From contig JAUREO010000002.1 in the NCBI GenBank assembly GCA_030827365.1, positions 10,928 to 74,927 of the forward strand: a stretch of DNA of 64,000 nucleotides. Direction: 5' to 3'. The notes beneath the pieces are model-generated. The model was not told the origin of the DNA and did no database searches. It saw only the letters and a list, made by a program, of their open reading frames with translations. This DNA is from Poseidonia sp. Lineage in GTDB: Archaea; Thermoplasmatota; Poseidoniia; Poseidoniales; Poseidoniaceae. A program made the translations under genes and the position numbers. Shown here piece by piece: positions 1 to 11,800 of this stretch (its first letter is position 1; every line of letters begins with the position of its first letter).

Positions 1-608
1 GTAAGGGCAGCCGTACCTGCTCCCATCGAAGCTCCGTAGAGGCCAATATGTTGTGGCGAAACGCCCTTTTCATCTTGAAGCCAAGACAATGCAGCAAGCA
101 CATCTCGCCATTCTCTTTGACCTGCTGAAACCAACTCATCTTCGACTGTGCTCTGCCAGTGATCACGCAGGTCAATCATCAAGACATTGATTCCATTTTT
201 CGACAACATTCCAGCAGGTATGAGCACTTCGTGATTGGCTTTGCAGGAACGTATGCCGTGGATGAGAATCACCCATGGTGAATCTGTATCTTGTTCAACA
301 TACCACGCAGATATGCTGATTGGCTCATCTTTAAGATAGATTGTCGCATTTTCCCATGATTCCATGTAATATTGATCGATATTCGATACGATGGTGTCGT
401 TCCATTGATGGGTGTAGCTTTCGATATTTTCTGGATAAAGATGGGGTTCAAAATTTGCTGGAGTATTGTATGGGGCATGATTGGTACAATCCAAATCCGT
501 TTTTGCAATTTCAAAATACACATACAATCCGACTTGGTAATACAATGCTGGTGCTGCAGCTAAAAGCAATACCATCAAAGCTGGAAGGGCACGAAGTAGT
601 CGTTTCAT
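1..608 (-). CDS. Secreted or membrane-anchored alpha/beta hydrolase (partial, runs off the window start)
   Basis: Not in the ORF track; my translation from ATG 608 (ATGA overlap with the psd stop) gives MKRLLRALPALMVLLLAAAP...WVILIHG...LMIDLRDH...IGLYGASMGAGTA, containing a GxSxG nucleophile elbow. Confidence 0.85.
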   Translation of the reverse strand, partial: MKRLLRALPALMVLLLAAAPALYYQVGLYVYFEIAKTDLDCTNHAPYNTPANFEPHLYPENIESYTHQWNDTIVSNIDQYYMESWENATIYLKDEPISISAWYVEQDTDSPWVILIHGIRSCKANHEVLIPAGMLSKNGINVLMIDLRDHWQSTVEDELVSAGQREWRDVLAALSWLQDEKGVSPQHIGLYGASMGAGTAAL

Positions 609-1468
609 TCATCATCCTCCACATGATTTGGTACAAAAAGAATGCTTGAGCCGGCTTGTACAAATTCTCCTTTAGGATGTGAGGCATTTTTTTCCTCTGC
701 TGAAACCACGTTGGGAAGATAATCATCTGCTTTTACTCGAACATCGACTCTCGAACCAAGTCGAATCATGCCAATTCTCTGGCCCCGGCGAAGAGAAAAA
801 GGAGCGATGACCCAAGGAACGATTGTACGTGCTAATGCGCCGGAGATTTGAGATACCTCGAAACGTTCTCCTTCACCATTTTCAAACACATTTCGCACTC
901 GTTCATTGAATTCACTTTCTTTCTTAAACGCAGGCAAAAACGGGCCACGCTTGAGGCCTTTTCCCTTTCTATGTTCGGTGATGACCAGTTCTCCTTCGAT
1001 AGGGCTTCGGTTCACATGCACATCAAGTGGAGACATAAAGACTGCAATTCGCCACACATCAAGCTCTGATTCTTCGCCTTGAGGAACTTCTTCAAAAAGT
1101 TGTTCGGTTTCAAATCGAAGAGGATTGTCCGATGGTTGAGGGTACCAATCACCGGTCAATGAGTCACGAATGATGTCATCTTCATCTAATTCGGATTGAG
1201 ATGGTCGCCTACCCACTGCACGTTCTCGCTTGATGAACATCACATGTCCATCTGCAGGGGATAGAACAACACCTCGGTCTTTTGGAATTGGTCGGTCGGG
1301 GTCTCTCCAAAAATTTGCAAAGAATAACGATATCATGATACAAAGTACGCCAAAAAAAGGAACCAAACCTGCAACTGGGTCAACGATTGAGCCAACGATG
1401 AGGGCACTTATGCCCATACAACCAGTCGTCAAAACTGGCACTAAACCTCCAGGGGCTAATCCGCCCAT
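605..1468 (-). CDS. psd: Phosphatidylserine (archaetidylserine) decarboxylase proenzyme
   Basis: FWRDPDR, SPADG, FMSPLDVHVNRSP and IRLGSRV (LGS self-cleavage site); start moved to ATG 1468, preceded by SD-like GGTGAGG. Confidence 0.9.
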   Translation of the reverse strand: MGGLAPGGLVPVLTTGCMGISALIVGSIVDPVAGLVPFFGVLCIMISLFFANFWRDPDRPIPKDRGVVLSPADGHVMFIKRERAVGRRPSQSELDEDDIIRDSLTGDWYPQPSDNPLRFETEQLFEEVPQGEESELDVWRIAVFMSPLDVHVNRSPIEGELVITEHRKGKGLKRGPFLPAFKKESEFNERVRNVFENGEGERFEVSQISGALARTIVPWVIAPFSLRRGQRIGMIRLGSRVDVRVKADDYLPNVVSAEEKNASHPKGEFVQAGSSILFVPNHVEDDE

Positions 1469-1479
1469 TGCCTCACCAA

Positions 1480-2244
1480 TTATGATTCCCAGGGGTCTTC
1501 TCCATCTGACCATGTTGCTGATGCCGCATTCTCTGATGGTTCGTCTTCGGGGGCTTCCTCGTCTGATGCGTTATCTTCTGTTGCATCTTCAGAACCTACT
1601 TCTTCTGATGAAACCTCGTCTTCTAAAGGTGCTTCTTCTTCAACGTCTTCTGATTTTTCTTCTTCGGTTGCTGCGTCGCCTGTACGTGCCTCAACGAGTT
1701 CTTCGACACGCTCGGTAAACGCTCGTCGCAAATGCTGTGATTTTCGTTCTGCTTCAACCGCACGTTCAATCATATCGTAACGGACTTTAATGGCCTTGTT
1801 CAAATCTTCAAAGAGTGCCATGTGGTCCATGTACCATGTATCTCTTGCTGACATTTCAGCAACTGCGAGTCGGAGGTCATTATCCAACTCCTCAGCAATT
1901 GAAAACACTTTACCGAGACGGTCTTTTTCTCGAGTGTACTTTTCTTCCATTTTCTCAAGTTCTGGCTCAAGATGTTCGACTCTTTTCAGTGAGGTCGTTG
2001 CTTTTCGTTCCAAGTCACGGAGTCGGACATCCTTTTCAGCGATAATGGATTCAAGAGATTCTTTTTCGATTTCCCGATCAATAATTTCTTTTTCGAGAAC
2101 TTCAATTTCAGCCCTTGCATCGACCAGTTCCTTTTCTTGGGTTTCGTATGCTGCGAACAGTTTCTGAAGTCGGTCGGTTTCTGTTCCAAGAGCGTCTTCT
2201 AACTCCTTAATTCGAACCTCATCGCTCATTGTGCCGTCTGTCAT
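1480..2244 (-). CDS. Coiled-coil protein with acidic disordered tail, unknown function
   Basis: Long E/K/L heptad-like region followed by a D/E-rich tail ending WSDGEDPWES; GAGGTG upstream of ATG 2244. Confidence 0.7.
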   Translation of the reverse strand: MTDGTMSDEVRIKELEDALGTETDRLQKLFAAYETQEKELVDARAEIEVLEKEIIDREIEKESLESIIAEKDVRLRDLERKATTSLKRVEHLEPELEKMEEKYTREKDRLGKVFSIAEELDNDLRLAVAEMSARDTWYMDHMALFEDLNKAIKVRYDMIERAVEAERKSQHLRRAFTERVEELVEARTGDAATEEEKSEDVEEEAPLEDEVSSEEVGSEDATEDNASDEEAPEDEPSENAASATWSDGEDPWES

Positions 2245-2341
2245 TTTGCTCACCTCGGGCTACGCCTATTTATTATCCACATTGGCCTTACATATCAAGC
2301 CGACGCTTGAAGATGCCGTGTTGCTCTCGTATTTCCGACGT

Positions 2342-3301
2342 TCAAATTTTATCAGTTGCCGCTACCAATGCTCGAGCAATACCGACTTCACCCACTGAAT
2401 GACCTGCATCTGGAACGATGAGGAGTTCACTGTGGTTCAATGCTTTATGCAACTCCCATGCACTTCTTGCAGGGCATACAACATCGTATCGTCCTTGAAC
2501 AATGACGGTTGGAATATGGTTGATCTTTTCGATGTTGTTCAAAATATGGGCTTCTTCCACAAAAATTCCATTGATGAAGTAATGACATTCAATGCGAGCA
2601 AATGCAACTGCAAAATCCAAGTCTTCTGCTTTTTCAACATAACTTGGGTCAGGAAACAATCGACTGGTTGCCATTTCCCACCGTGTCCATTCACGGGCAG
2701 CAGCTCTTCGAACCTCGACATCAGCATTTGTCAATCGAGAATAGTAGGCTTGGATGAGGTCGTGTTGCTCTTGAAGCGGAATGTGGTCTCGGTAGGTCTC
2801 GAATGCATCTGGGAATATATGGCTAGCACCATCTTGGTAAAACCAATGCAACTCACTTTTTCGACACATAAAAATGCCCCTTAACACCAAACTAAGCACC
2901 CTGTCTGGATAATGTTGAGCGTAAATCAACGAGAGAGTGGAGCCCCAAGAACCTCCAAACACATGCCATTTTTCAAAACCGAAAAAATTCCTCAATAATT
3001 CGATATCACAAACAGAGGCGTGGGTATGGTTCTCCTCCAATTCGGCATGAGGGGTTGATTTGCCGCAACCCCTTTGATCAAATTGAATGATGTCAAATTT
3101 CTCTGGGTCAAAGTATCGTCTGTACGAAGGTTGACTACCTCCACCGGGTCCACCGTGTATCACGATGATGGGTAGGCCATCGGGATTTCCAGACCTCTCG
3201 TAATATAGAGTGTGGAGTGTTGATACTTCTAAAAATCCGGTCGTATGTGGCTCGATTTGAGGATAAAGAACCTCATCAATTGGCTCTGTTGAGATTTGCA
3301 T
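2342..3301 (-). CDS. pip: Proline iminopeptidase (S33 family)
   Basis: HGGPGGG, FDQRGCGKS, GGSWG nucleophile, GRYDVVCP, DAGH. Confidence 0.95.
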   Translation of the reverse strand: MQISTEPIDEVLYPQIEPHTTGFLEVSTLHTLYYERSGNPDGLPIIVIHGGPGGGSQPSYRRYFDPEKFDIIQFDQRGCGKSTPHAELEENHTHASVCDIELLRNFFGFEKWHVFGGSWGSTLSLIYAQHYPDRVLSLVLRGIFMCRKSELHWFYQDGASHIFPDAFETYRDHIPLQEQHDLIQAYYSRLTNADVEVRRAAAREWTRWEMATSRLFPDPSYVEKAEDLDFAVAFARIECHYFINGIFVEEAHILNNIEKINHIPTVIVQGRYDVVCPARSAWELHKALNHSELLIVPDAGHSVGEVGIARALVAATDKI

Positions 3302-3379
3302 AATCAATGCAAGAGTGATGAGAACAAGTTTTTTTCTATCGTGGAGATATTTATTGAATAGTGATTTTTGGGATTTCTC

Positions 3380-3997
3380 ATGGGTAACAAAAAGGCAACT
3401 GATGTCTTTTCAGATTGGGCAGCCATAGGCAAAGATGAGGGAATGGAACAAGGTCATAGTCCTTCAGTGAACAAAATGATTGATATGGCTCTTCCTTTGA
3501 TGAAGCCAAATTTTACCTTCATCGATATTGGTTGCGGAAATGGTTGGGTTGTTCGAAAATTTCAATCCAATGCTCAGTGTTCGAAGGCCATTGGCATCGA
3601 CGGAGCAAAAAATATGATTGATAAAGCCAAAAACATTGACCCAGAAGGTCATTATGTACACGCCCAATTGCCTCAGTGGTCCCCCAATGAGAATTTTGAC
3701 CTTGCCATGAGTATGGAATTCATGTATTATCTCCATCAACCACAAGAATTTCTTACAACGGTTTTTCGTGATTGGCTCAATTCAAACGGCTGGCTTGTTT
3801 TTGGTATCGACCACTACCTTGAAAACGAATCAAGCCACACTTGGCCAAAAAAATTAGGCGTACACATGACAACTTTGAGTGAACAAGATTGGAAAAATTG
3901 CTTGGAATCCATTGGTTTTCAACATGTTTCATCGAGCCGAACTGGAGCATCGGATGTATGGGCTGGAACACTTATTGTGATGGGTCAAAAGCCCTAA
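3380..3997 (+). CDS. Class I SAM-dependent methyltransferase
   Basis: IDIGCGNG motif I, GID motif II, FDL motif. Confidence 0.85.
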   Translation: MGNKKATDVFSDWAAIGKDEGMEQGHSPSVNKMIDMALPLMKPNFTFIDIGCGNGWVVRKFQSNAQCSKAIGIDGAKNMIDKAKNIDPEGHYVHAQLPQWSPNENFDLAMSMEFMYYLHQPQEFLTTVFRDWLNSNGWLVFGIDHYLENESSHTWPKKLGVHMTTLSEQDWKNCLESIGFQHVSSSRTGASDVWAGTLIVMGQKP

Positions 3998-6900
3998 GGC
4001 CTAAAGGTTCAGAGACGGGCCCGCAACGACGAATATCACCGATGAAAAATGGACAAGACCGACACTCTTTGTCTGATTCAAGTCGAGGGGGAGCCTCAAG
4101 AGTGTCTGAACTCACAAGCACTGATGCCCGCCAAGATAGATGTTCAAGAATATCGGTTTTGCTTTTCGTGTATTGTTCGTCACTAAGTTGTATCATTCGC
4201 CCTGATGCACCAACTAAAATTGAAGGAGGTAGGATTGTTCTACGTTGGCTCGGTTTCTTGTGCTGCTCGATGGATTCGAGGACTATTGAGTACATCGTTA
4301 ACTGCAATCTGTATTGCTCGAGGAGTTCAAGTTCAGCAGGGGTTACTGCTATTGAATTCTCTACGCTCTGCTTGTTTTCTTGTAACGGGTGAGCATCTTC
4401 TTTGTCATGGGAGAATTCATCGAGGCATCCTTTTGTTTTCAAATCAACAACTTGGAGATATCCATTGTTTTGTCCATCACGCAAGGCAATTGCTAAATCT
4501 ATCCGCCCTTCAAAAATCATCGAAATATCATCAATAATCGACATGATTTCTGAGCCATAGGGTGTTTCTTTTGTATGTTCAATACATGGTTGAGAAATCT
4601 TGTGAATGTGTCGGAAAGGCAACTCCGTTCGAACTGCTTCGACTGTGAAACCTTCGCACTCAATGCCTTGCAGGAGGATTCCTAATCGTTGTTGGGTCAT
4701 CAATGTTGAAATTTCTTTGACTCGTTGTTTTGTCGATGAAAACTTAGCGTCAGATGGTGAAATTCCAAATTCCAAAAGAACATCCGCAATGGTTGTTTCA
4801 TCCAGCAACTTACTTTCGTTTTCGATGAACCATTCATTCGATAAAGAGGGTGTGGAGTCATCATGTTTGCATGGATTTGGTAAACCAACTTCGAGCAGAC
4901 GATGCATAATCAGACCAAAATCTGTGGGATTCGGGTATACTGATTGTGATTCATCCCGTTGGCGAGTTCGAATGTTGAGTGGTTCAGTTTGCCATCCCAA
5001 TACATGACTGAGCCAATGCCTCCTTCGACAACGAAATGAACTATCTAGGTCAAAAACCGTTCCTTTGGTTTCAAAGTGCAAGTGTGGAATTTGTCTTGAA
5101 TGATCTTGAACATTGGATTCTTGTTGTAATCTCGAATACATGTCAAGTGTTTGTCGTAAAACCGATGTAGGTTGTGAAGTCGAAAAACAATCAGGGTGAT
5201 GATAGACCTGTAATGTTTGAAGAGTTGATTCTCGAAATGTCGATTGAATGAACAATTGAGCAGGATTGATGAATAAAGGCGATTCATCGACTGGGGCCAA
5301 AACCTCCGCCTCGAGATCGCCTTCGAGCAGCCAAGGGGAATCAGGATTGCCTCCATATTTTGCAACCTGTCGCATGGCATCAATCAACATATTTCCAAAG
5401 GAACGGACACTCGTGCTACGTTTAATTTTGAACTTTTGGCTTTCTTCATCGTACTCACTCGAGGAAGGTGAGCCAACCAAAATCAACCGCTCTTCGGCTC
5501 TTGTGAGTGCAACATAAAGTTGTCTTCGTCGTTCTGCGCGACCTTGTGCATCTTCAATTGCTTTCGTAAATTCCCAAAGCCCATCTTGAGGCCGTTCGTG
5601 GTCAGTCCATGGTTGAATTCGTCCAGCAACAATTTGTGGAGTCACGAGTACATTGTCACGTACAGATTGGGATGCATCTTGTTGCCCAGCACCAAACATA
5701 CCTGCTACGATGACAACTTTTGCCTGCAAACCTTTTGCCTTGTGGAGCGTCATAATTTGAACTGCGTTTCCAGATGAAGATGATTCAGCCGGTGGCCCAT
5801 CTTTACCTAATGCCTTCAATGAACGTATATGCCTTTGAGTTGCAAGGATGTTGTATCCAAAATTGGCTAATGTATCATTGAGCAACGTACACCACGCTTC
5901 AACATGATTTCGCTCAGACTCATTGGAATGGACGACAAGGAGGTCGGAATAATCCAAAAGATATGTGAAAATATCACTAAATCGCCCTTGCAATCGAAAT
6001 GAGTTTACATCACTGAATATCTTTTGAATCGATTTAGGAAAAATGTTTGATTCAAAACATGAAAATAATTGTTTATTCAATTCAGATGTGAATAGAGTAT
6101 TGATTTCATCGTCGCTGAGTCCAACGAGTGGCGACCGCAAGACACCGAACAAAGCCCTTCTTGATTCTGGATAGGCAATGAATTCAAGCATTGATAATAA
6201 TGGTTGAATAACGGGTTGGTGAAGTAATGCACCTTGTTTGTCAGAGACTGCTGGAATCCCACGATTGGAGAGTCGTTGAATCAAATCTGGAACATGTGTT
6301 CTTGCGTGAAAGAGAATCATAATATCTCGTGGTTGATATTCACATCGGTCTCCTATCTCTATCCAAATTTGATTCTCAGTATCCCATATCCTCGTATTTT
6401 GGCCAGATAGTAGAGACGCAACTCTTTGGGCAATGAGCTCATTTTCAAGTTGTTTGAGAGATGAACGAGAATCAAGAAATGGGTCAAAGCTGTCATTCAT
6501 ATCGATGCTTGCTGGTTCAGTTTGTGTTTGAATTGGAATGAGCCATTCAAGGTATCCGCCGTCATCCTCTCTTCCAGGACGCAAACGCTGGGCGTCAGCA
6601 TACCAATTTCCAACGATGGTTTCGTGTCGGGGTGAAAAAACATCATCAAACACATCATTCATGAATTCAAGCAAATGGGAACGTGTTCGATAATTGGTTG
6701 TTAAATCGATATGGCCTTCCCTCCGCCTTTGGACTCGCTCAAGGTCGGTCATGAAACTGCCTTCTTCATCATCTCTTGCAGCAACATGCACATAGGAAAA
6801 AGGTGCACTTTTTTTGCCATCGGAGTGTTTGTTTGTAAACGCCGTTCCTGATGCTCCATCGCCCACGGGCCTCGGATCTCTTCCATGGTCTTGTCTACGA

Positions 6901-7905
6901 ATTTCTGAAAAGCGTTCATCATCTTCTTCCATTCGATTAGCTTCTCGAATTTGTTCGACCATTGTTCTCATCACAGAAACTTCTGCTTGCCGAAATCGGT
7001 AGATGCTTTGTTTCATATCCCCGACAATACAAATGGTGGGCTCCCAATATCCAAGTGGTCCTTTGACCTCGTCTGTAGTTCGAGTACGGCGACCCCACAA
7101 ACGAGCTAACAACCTTGCATGACTCGGATTTGTATCCTGGTATTCATCGATGATGAATGCTCTAAATTGTCGTCGAAGTGTTTGGAGGATTCGGTATCGA
7201 TATTGTAGGTCTTTTCTACAATCTTCATTGTCGTGCAAGATTGTCATAGCCCTTGCAATGTGCATGTCAGTCCAGGGTTCAGAAGTCATTGAATCAAGAG
7301 CATCGACAGCCTCTCTCGGATAGATGTGGCGGCACATATCTGGGCAACGTGAAAGCAAGACGTCTGCGGAAAATCGTAAGACATCATCAAAATCATTGAA
7401 ACCATCCATGGCCTTTCGATGTGAATGAATTTGTTGCGTTCCTTTGTGAACAAAGAACAAATCTCGTAAAACATCCATCTGGAGTTCTTCACTTACATAG
7501 TGACCGAATCCTTGATGCTGATGAGGTATGTCTACATTCAATCCGTACAAATACGAAGATACTCCTGCAGGCATGAATGCATAACCATCTTCCGGTTGAA
7601 GAGTGAAAACACTTTTCGCCAGCAATAAAAAAATTGACGATTCTCGATCGAGCAAGTGCTTTTTAATGAGGTCAGATAAATCTGCCCCATCATCGAAAAC
7701 CTGTTTTTTGAGATCTTTATCGGTAAATCCCGATTCGCCTCTTTTAAAGAGGCCTGCCTGCCAGTCATCGCTCGGAAGCGTACCTCGAGGGAAGAATGTC
7801 GGTGTTTCACCTTCTTTAAGACTTGACAGGCTTGCAATGGATAAACACGCTCGCCAAATCCATCGAAGTTTAGCTAGCGGTTCTTTTTCAGGAGGATGTT
7901 CAACC
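3972..7905 (-). CDS. AddA/UvrD-like helicase-nuclease, C-terminal portion (after frameshift)
   Basis: IIDEYQDTN (motif II), VGDMKQSIYRFR (III), NYRT (IV), MTLHKAKGLQ (V), LYVALTRA (VI); C-terminal PD-(D/E)XK nuclease GRIDL...DLKT...QLTMY; no Walker A in this frame. Confidence 0.88.
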
Positions 7906-8880
7906 AAAATATATGAGGTGATGCATCCGACTTTGAGTAAATGCCTGACCAACAGGAATGCACTGTGCAGTGTATCCCCTAAAATGGTCAACCCATTTGG
8001 TGATACGAACAAATAAGGTTACAAAAAATCTGTCAAGGTCTTCTTCATCAATCGTATCTAACATGATATCGTAGAGAAGTTCAACCGGCCCAGCATCATG
8101 TCCATTCCATTCAATATTCTGTTGTTGGGCTCGCCTGAGTAAATTTCGATGCGCTTCTTCTACAAACATCGATTTCGACATCAATCCTTGAATAACAACC
8201 TCTGCATTGGATTGTCCTCCCAAACGAATTGCGAGTCTATCTCTTGCTCCGAGAAATTCTTGTGGATTTTCGAGCAAACCAGCATTCAATGCATCATCAA
8301 CATGCCTTAGTCGCCAAACGCTACTCAACGTGTCTTGAATGAGAATTTTTGACATTTCTTCTGAAATTTGCTCTGATGGTGGAGTCGTAGCAACAATGTC
8401 AAGGTACGGTTGAATAATTTGATTTAGGAAACTGTCGATGGTCGAAATAGGTGCATTGTCAAGTTGTGAAAGCAACATTTCAACGTCCCCGCTCTGTTGA
8501 ATTCTCGGGTCGAACACACCATCGTCCTCATCTGAGGATGAAGTATCTCGTAAGAGCGACAACGCATCACGAATGCGGGCTTTCAATTCTGCCGCAGCTT
8601 TTCTTGTAAATGTGATTGCGACAACTTCTGAAGGAAGCAATCCGGGCCATTCTTCGACTGAGGTTCTCAATTTAGGCAGAGATGTCAACGAACTCGGAGC
8701 AATTTTGTTATCTCGTGGGCCAATTGGTGTAACGAGTGTGGAGCGTTGAAATGTGGATAAAAGATGTTGAATATATCGTTGGGCCATCACTGTGGTTTTG
8801 CCAGTACCTGCACCAGCATCAAGTGCAATGTGTTTGTCAACATCAAGACCAAGTCGTTGGCTATTGTTAAAATTGGTCAA
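7900..8880 (-). CDS. AddA/UvrD-like helicase, N-terminal portion (frameshifted relative to 3972-7905)
   Basis: Walker A AGAGTGKT, motif Ia TFTRKAAAELKARI, ISTIDSF; ends at TGA 7900-7902. Confidence 0.88.
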   Translation of the reverse strand: MTNFNNSQRLGLDVDKHIALDAGAGTGKTTVMAQRYIQHLLSTFQRSTLVTPIGPRDNKIAPSSLTSLPKLRTSVEEWPGLLPSEVVAITFTRKAAAELKARIRDALSLLRDTSSSDEDDGVFDPRIQQSGDVEMLLSQLDNAPISTIDSFLNQIIQPYLDIVATTPPSEQISEEMSKILIQDTLSSVWRLRHVDDALNAGLLENPQEFLGARDRLAIRLGGQSNAEVVIQGLMSKSMFVEEAHRNLLRRAQQQNIEWNGHDAGPVELLYDIMLDTIDEEDLDRFFVTLFVRITKWVDHFRGYTAQCIPVGQAFTQSRMHHLIYFG

Positions 8881-11800
8881 TCCATTTCACCTCCTGCAAG
8901 GTCAAAAAGAGTGCAAATATTATTGATTGGGCAATATGAACAATATGAGCCTGGAGTTGGATTGACGTGCCCTTGTGCGGCGGTTTGAAGCACTCTCAAG
9001 GCAGTTTGAATTCTCTCCTTCATCCACATTCGGAATGGTGTCATGGTTCGCTCTTCAAGTGTTGATATAGGATAGAACTTATTCAAAATCTGAGTTACTC
9101 TGCCAATACCTGCAAGAGACACATTCGAAGGGAATGCCGAGCCGTCAATTTCCACATAATGTTCTGACCATTCTCCGACCTCACTAATGCCAACGCCCAC
9201 GACTCTGTCGTTTGGATGAGTGATTTCCCACGCTCGAGCATACAACGCAAGTTGCAATTCCCGCATGAGACCTTTGAAATGTCTCTCTCCCACCTTGTTT
9301 GTTTTCGGACCGTTCACGGTTTTGATATCTCGAATGATGACATACCTTTGTGCTGGTCGAATTCCGTCTGAGTAGTCCATTGGAAATGGTTCAGTAAATT
9401 CTGTTTCGTTGAGAAAACCAATTTCGACCAATGCGTCTTCTAAGACTTCATCGAAAGTGATGAGGTCAACTCTATCGGCAAAACCATTGACACACAAGGA
9501 AACATCATCTTGCGTGATGATATTGACGTATCCAAGGTCATCTTGCGACACCGGCCATTCAACCGCAACCGGAGCAGAAGATGTGAGCGAGTAGGTTTGC
9601 TGTATAAGTTGACCAATGCTACCGCCAAGAGGCAGAAGTAGAGTGCCTTCCAAATGCTCTCGCCACGATTGGGGAGAAGCGCCGATAAGGCTACGACAAC
9701 GATGAACGGAAATGGCGTAATCTTGTTCAAGCCAAGTGACATGTTTTGCAAGATAGGACAAGGCGAGTTCCCACCCGTGTTCAACAGAGGGGATTGCACC
9801 ACAATGAAGTGGAAGTGGGGCGGATTGTTCATCACCATAAGCAACTACTCCATGACGCTCAAGGATATGAGCCAAAATTTCATGAATCATGTCACCTCTT
9901 TTCAATGGGTTGATGTCTTCCTCCAAATCTGATGGCTCATCTTCAAGATTCAAGAATTGTTTTGCCCATCCTTTTCTTGGACATTCTAACCATGCTTGAA
10001 TACGCGATGGTGACCATCGATTACGTTCAAGAGTACTTGTGATGATCCCGCTAAAGGGTTCCATCTCAGGCTGAATGAGGTGGGCAGGTGGCAAAGGGTT
10101 TGGGTCGATATATGGAGTAATACTCCTACTACCTCGAATTCCAAGATGTGGAAACGCTACAATTGCCGTGTCTTCTTTCTCCGCTTGCTTTAGATTCAGA
10201 CCGAATTTCAGGTCTGAAATTGATGTTCGTAAACTTCGAGAGTCCCAGTCCAACACTTCGCCTTTGGCCAAATTCTTCTTTGATGGTTGTCGTAATATTC
10301 GATCTTGATGCAGTTGTCGTTCTATTTGAGGCAAAAATGATTCAATGCTATTGAGTGGCTGTGAAGGTTCAAGGCCATACTTCAACTCTAAACCAAGATT
10401 CTGTCGAATGTTTCGTTGACGGATTCCATTCTTTTGGATGACATATCGTCCGTGATCTTGTCGAATGTGAAGGGGGCGGGGTGTTATCCAAGTCAATTTC
10501 TTTTTTTCATCATACCATTGCCCCCAATACGACGATGTGTCGGATTCAGTACCCAACTCCATCCATTCAAATGGAGTGGTGAGTTCAGACATTCCAGAAT
10601 GGCCAAGTTTAGTAAACCATTCTGAAAGTGGGGCGGAAGGTTCTCCACCTTCTTCCAAGCTTGTGTCAAAAATGACTACTTGGGGTGAGCAATTGAGCAG
10701 ATGACGCAACTGATGTCGTCCTTGCCTTATTCTTTGGTCGTTTGAGAAAAATCCCAACTCTTGCTTTGAATATTCATCTAACCAAGGTATTACAGGCTGA
10801 CGCATTGACCATGATTCCAAATCCAGATGGGTTAAAATCAGGAAGTCACACTCAAGCCCAAAGGCTTGGTCCGGTTGTAGCACACGAATTTTATTTGAAT
10901 TACTTGGCGAACCGGTCGTCTTTACGTGTGAGCAAATGTGAGTGAGTCGTTCAAAAAACCAATGAATTCCAAAATTATTGAGCGAGGATTGAGGAATGGT
11001 TTTTTCCAACTCTCGAACATTTGAAATCAATTTTTCTAAGCCTTGTATTTCTTGATGATGTTCAACTTGAGAGGAAAGAAGTCGACTCCAATCTATTTTG
11101 CATAAAAATTCTTCAAACCATGCAAAAACGTGAGGCGGGCTTTCAGGTAGTGGAAGTTGAGCAAGGGTAGCCGCCCCTTCAATATCAAGTTGGGCAATGA
11201 AATTATCCTCTGGGGATAACAATGGCCCCATGAGTCTTGCAAACGCAGCAAGTGCCCATTGTGTTTCTTCGATTTCCTTAGCGGTGATGACCTCATATTG
11301 ATTCTCTATGGGTTGCATTCTCTGCAGATTGGTTCGCCAACGAGCAAGGGCTCCAGGGCCACCAAGGAGGTGATGAATTGAGGAGCATTTCTCCAAGACA
11401 TGTTGGTGCAAACATGGACGCCAGTTGCTCACAGTGGGGTGCCTCAATTCAGGAAATATGTCGTCAAGAAGTGTGAGCGACCCTGAATGAAGTAGTCTCG
11501 AGATGTTGGCAAATGACCAAGCATGCACACCATAACCAATCCTTGCAATGCCTAATAATTGCTGTACGTGTGGTGTGTAGTGAAGTGAGATGCCTGGTTT
11601 ATCCAAATCAATTCCGCTCGGAGAAAGATGTTGTTGCCATAATGTTTGATGTTGATCACCGCAAGGATCGATGATAATGATTTCACCCTCGTGCTGTTGA
11701 AGATATTCAGCAACACATTGGCCGACCGACTCAAAAATATCCTTTTTATCTGATAGAAGCACACGCACGAATTTGCTCTCCCGACTTTTTCCAACCGATG

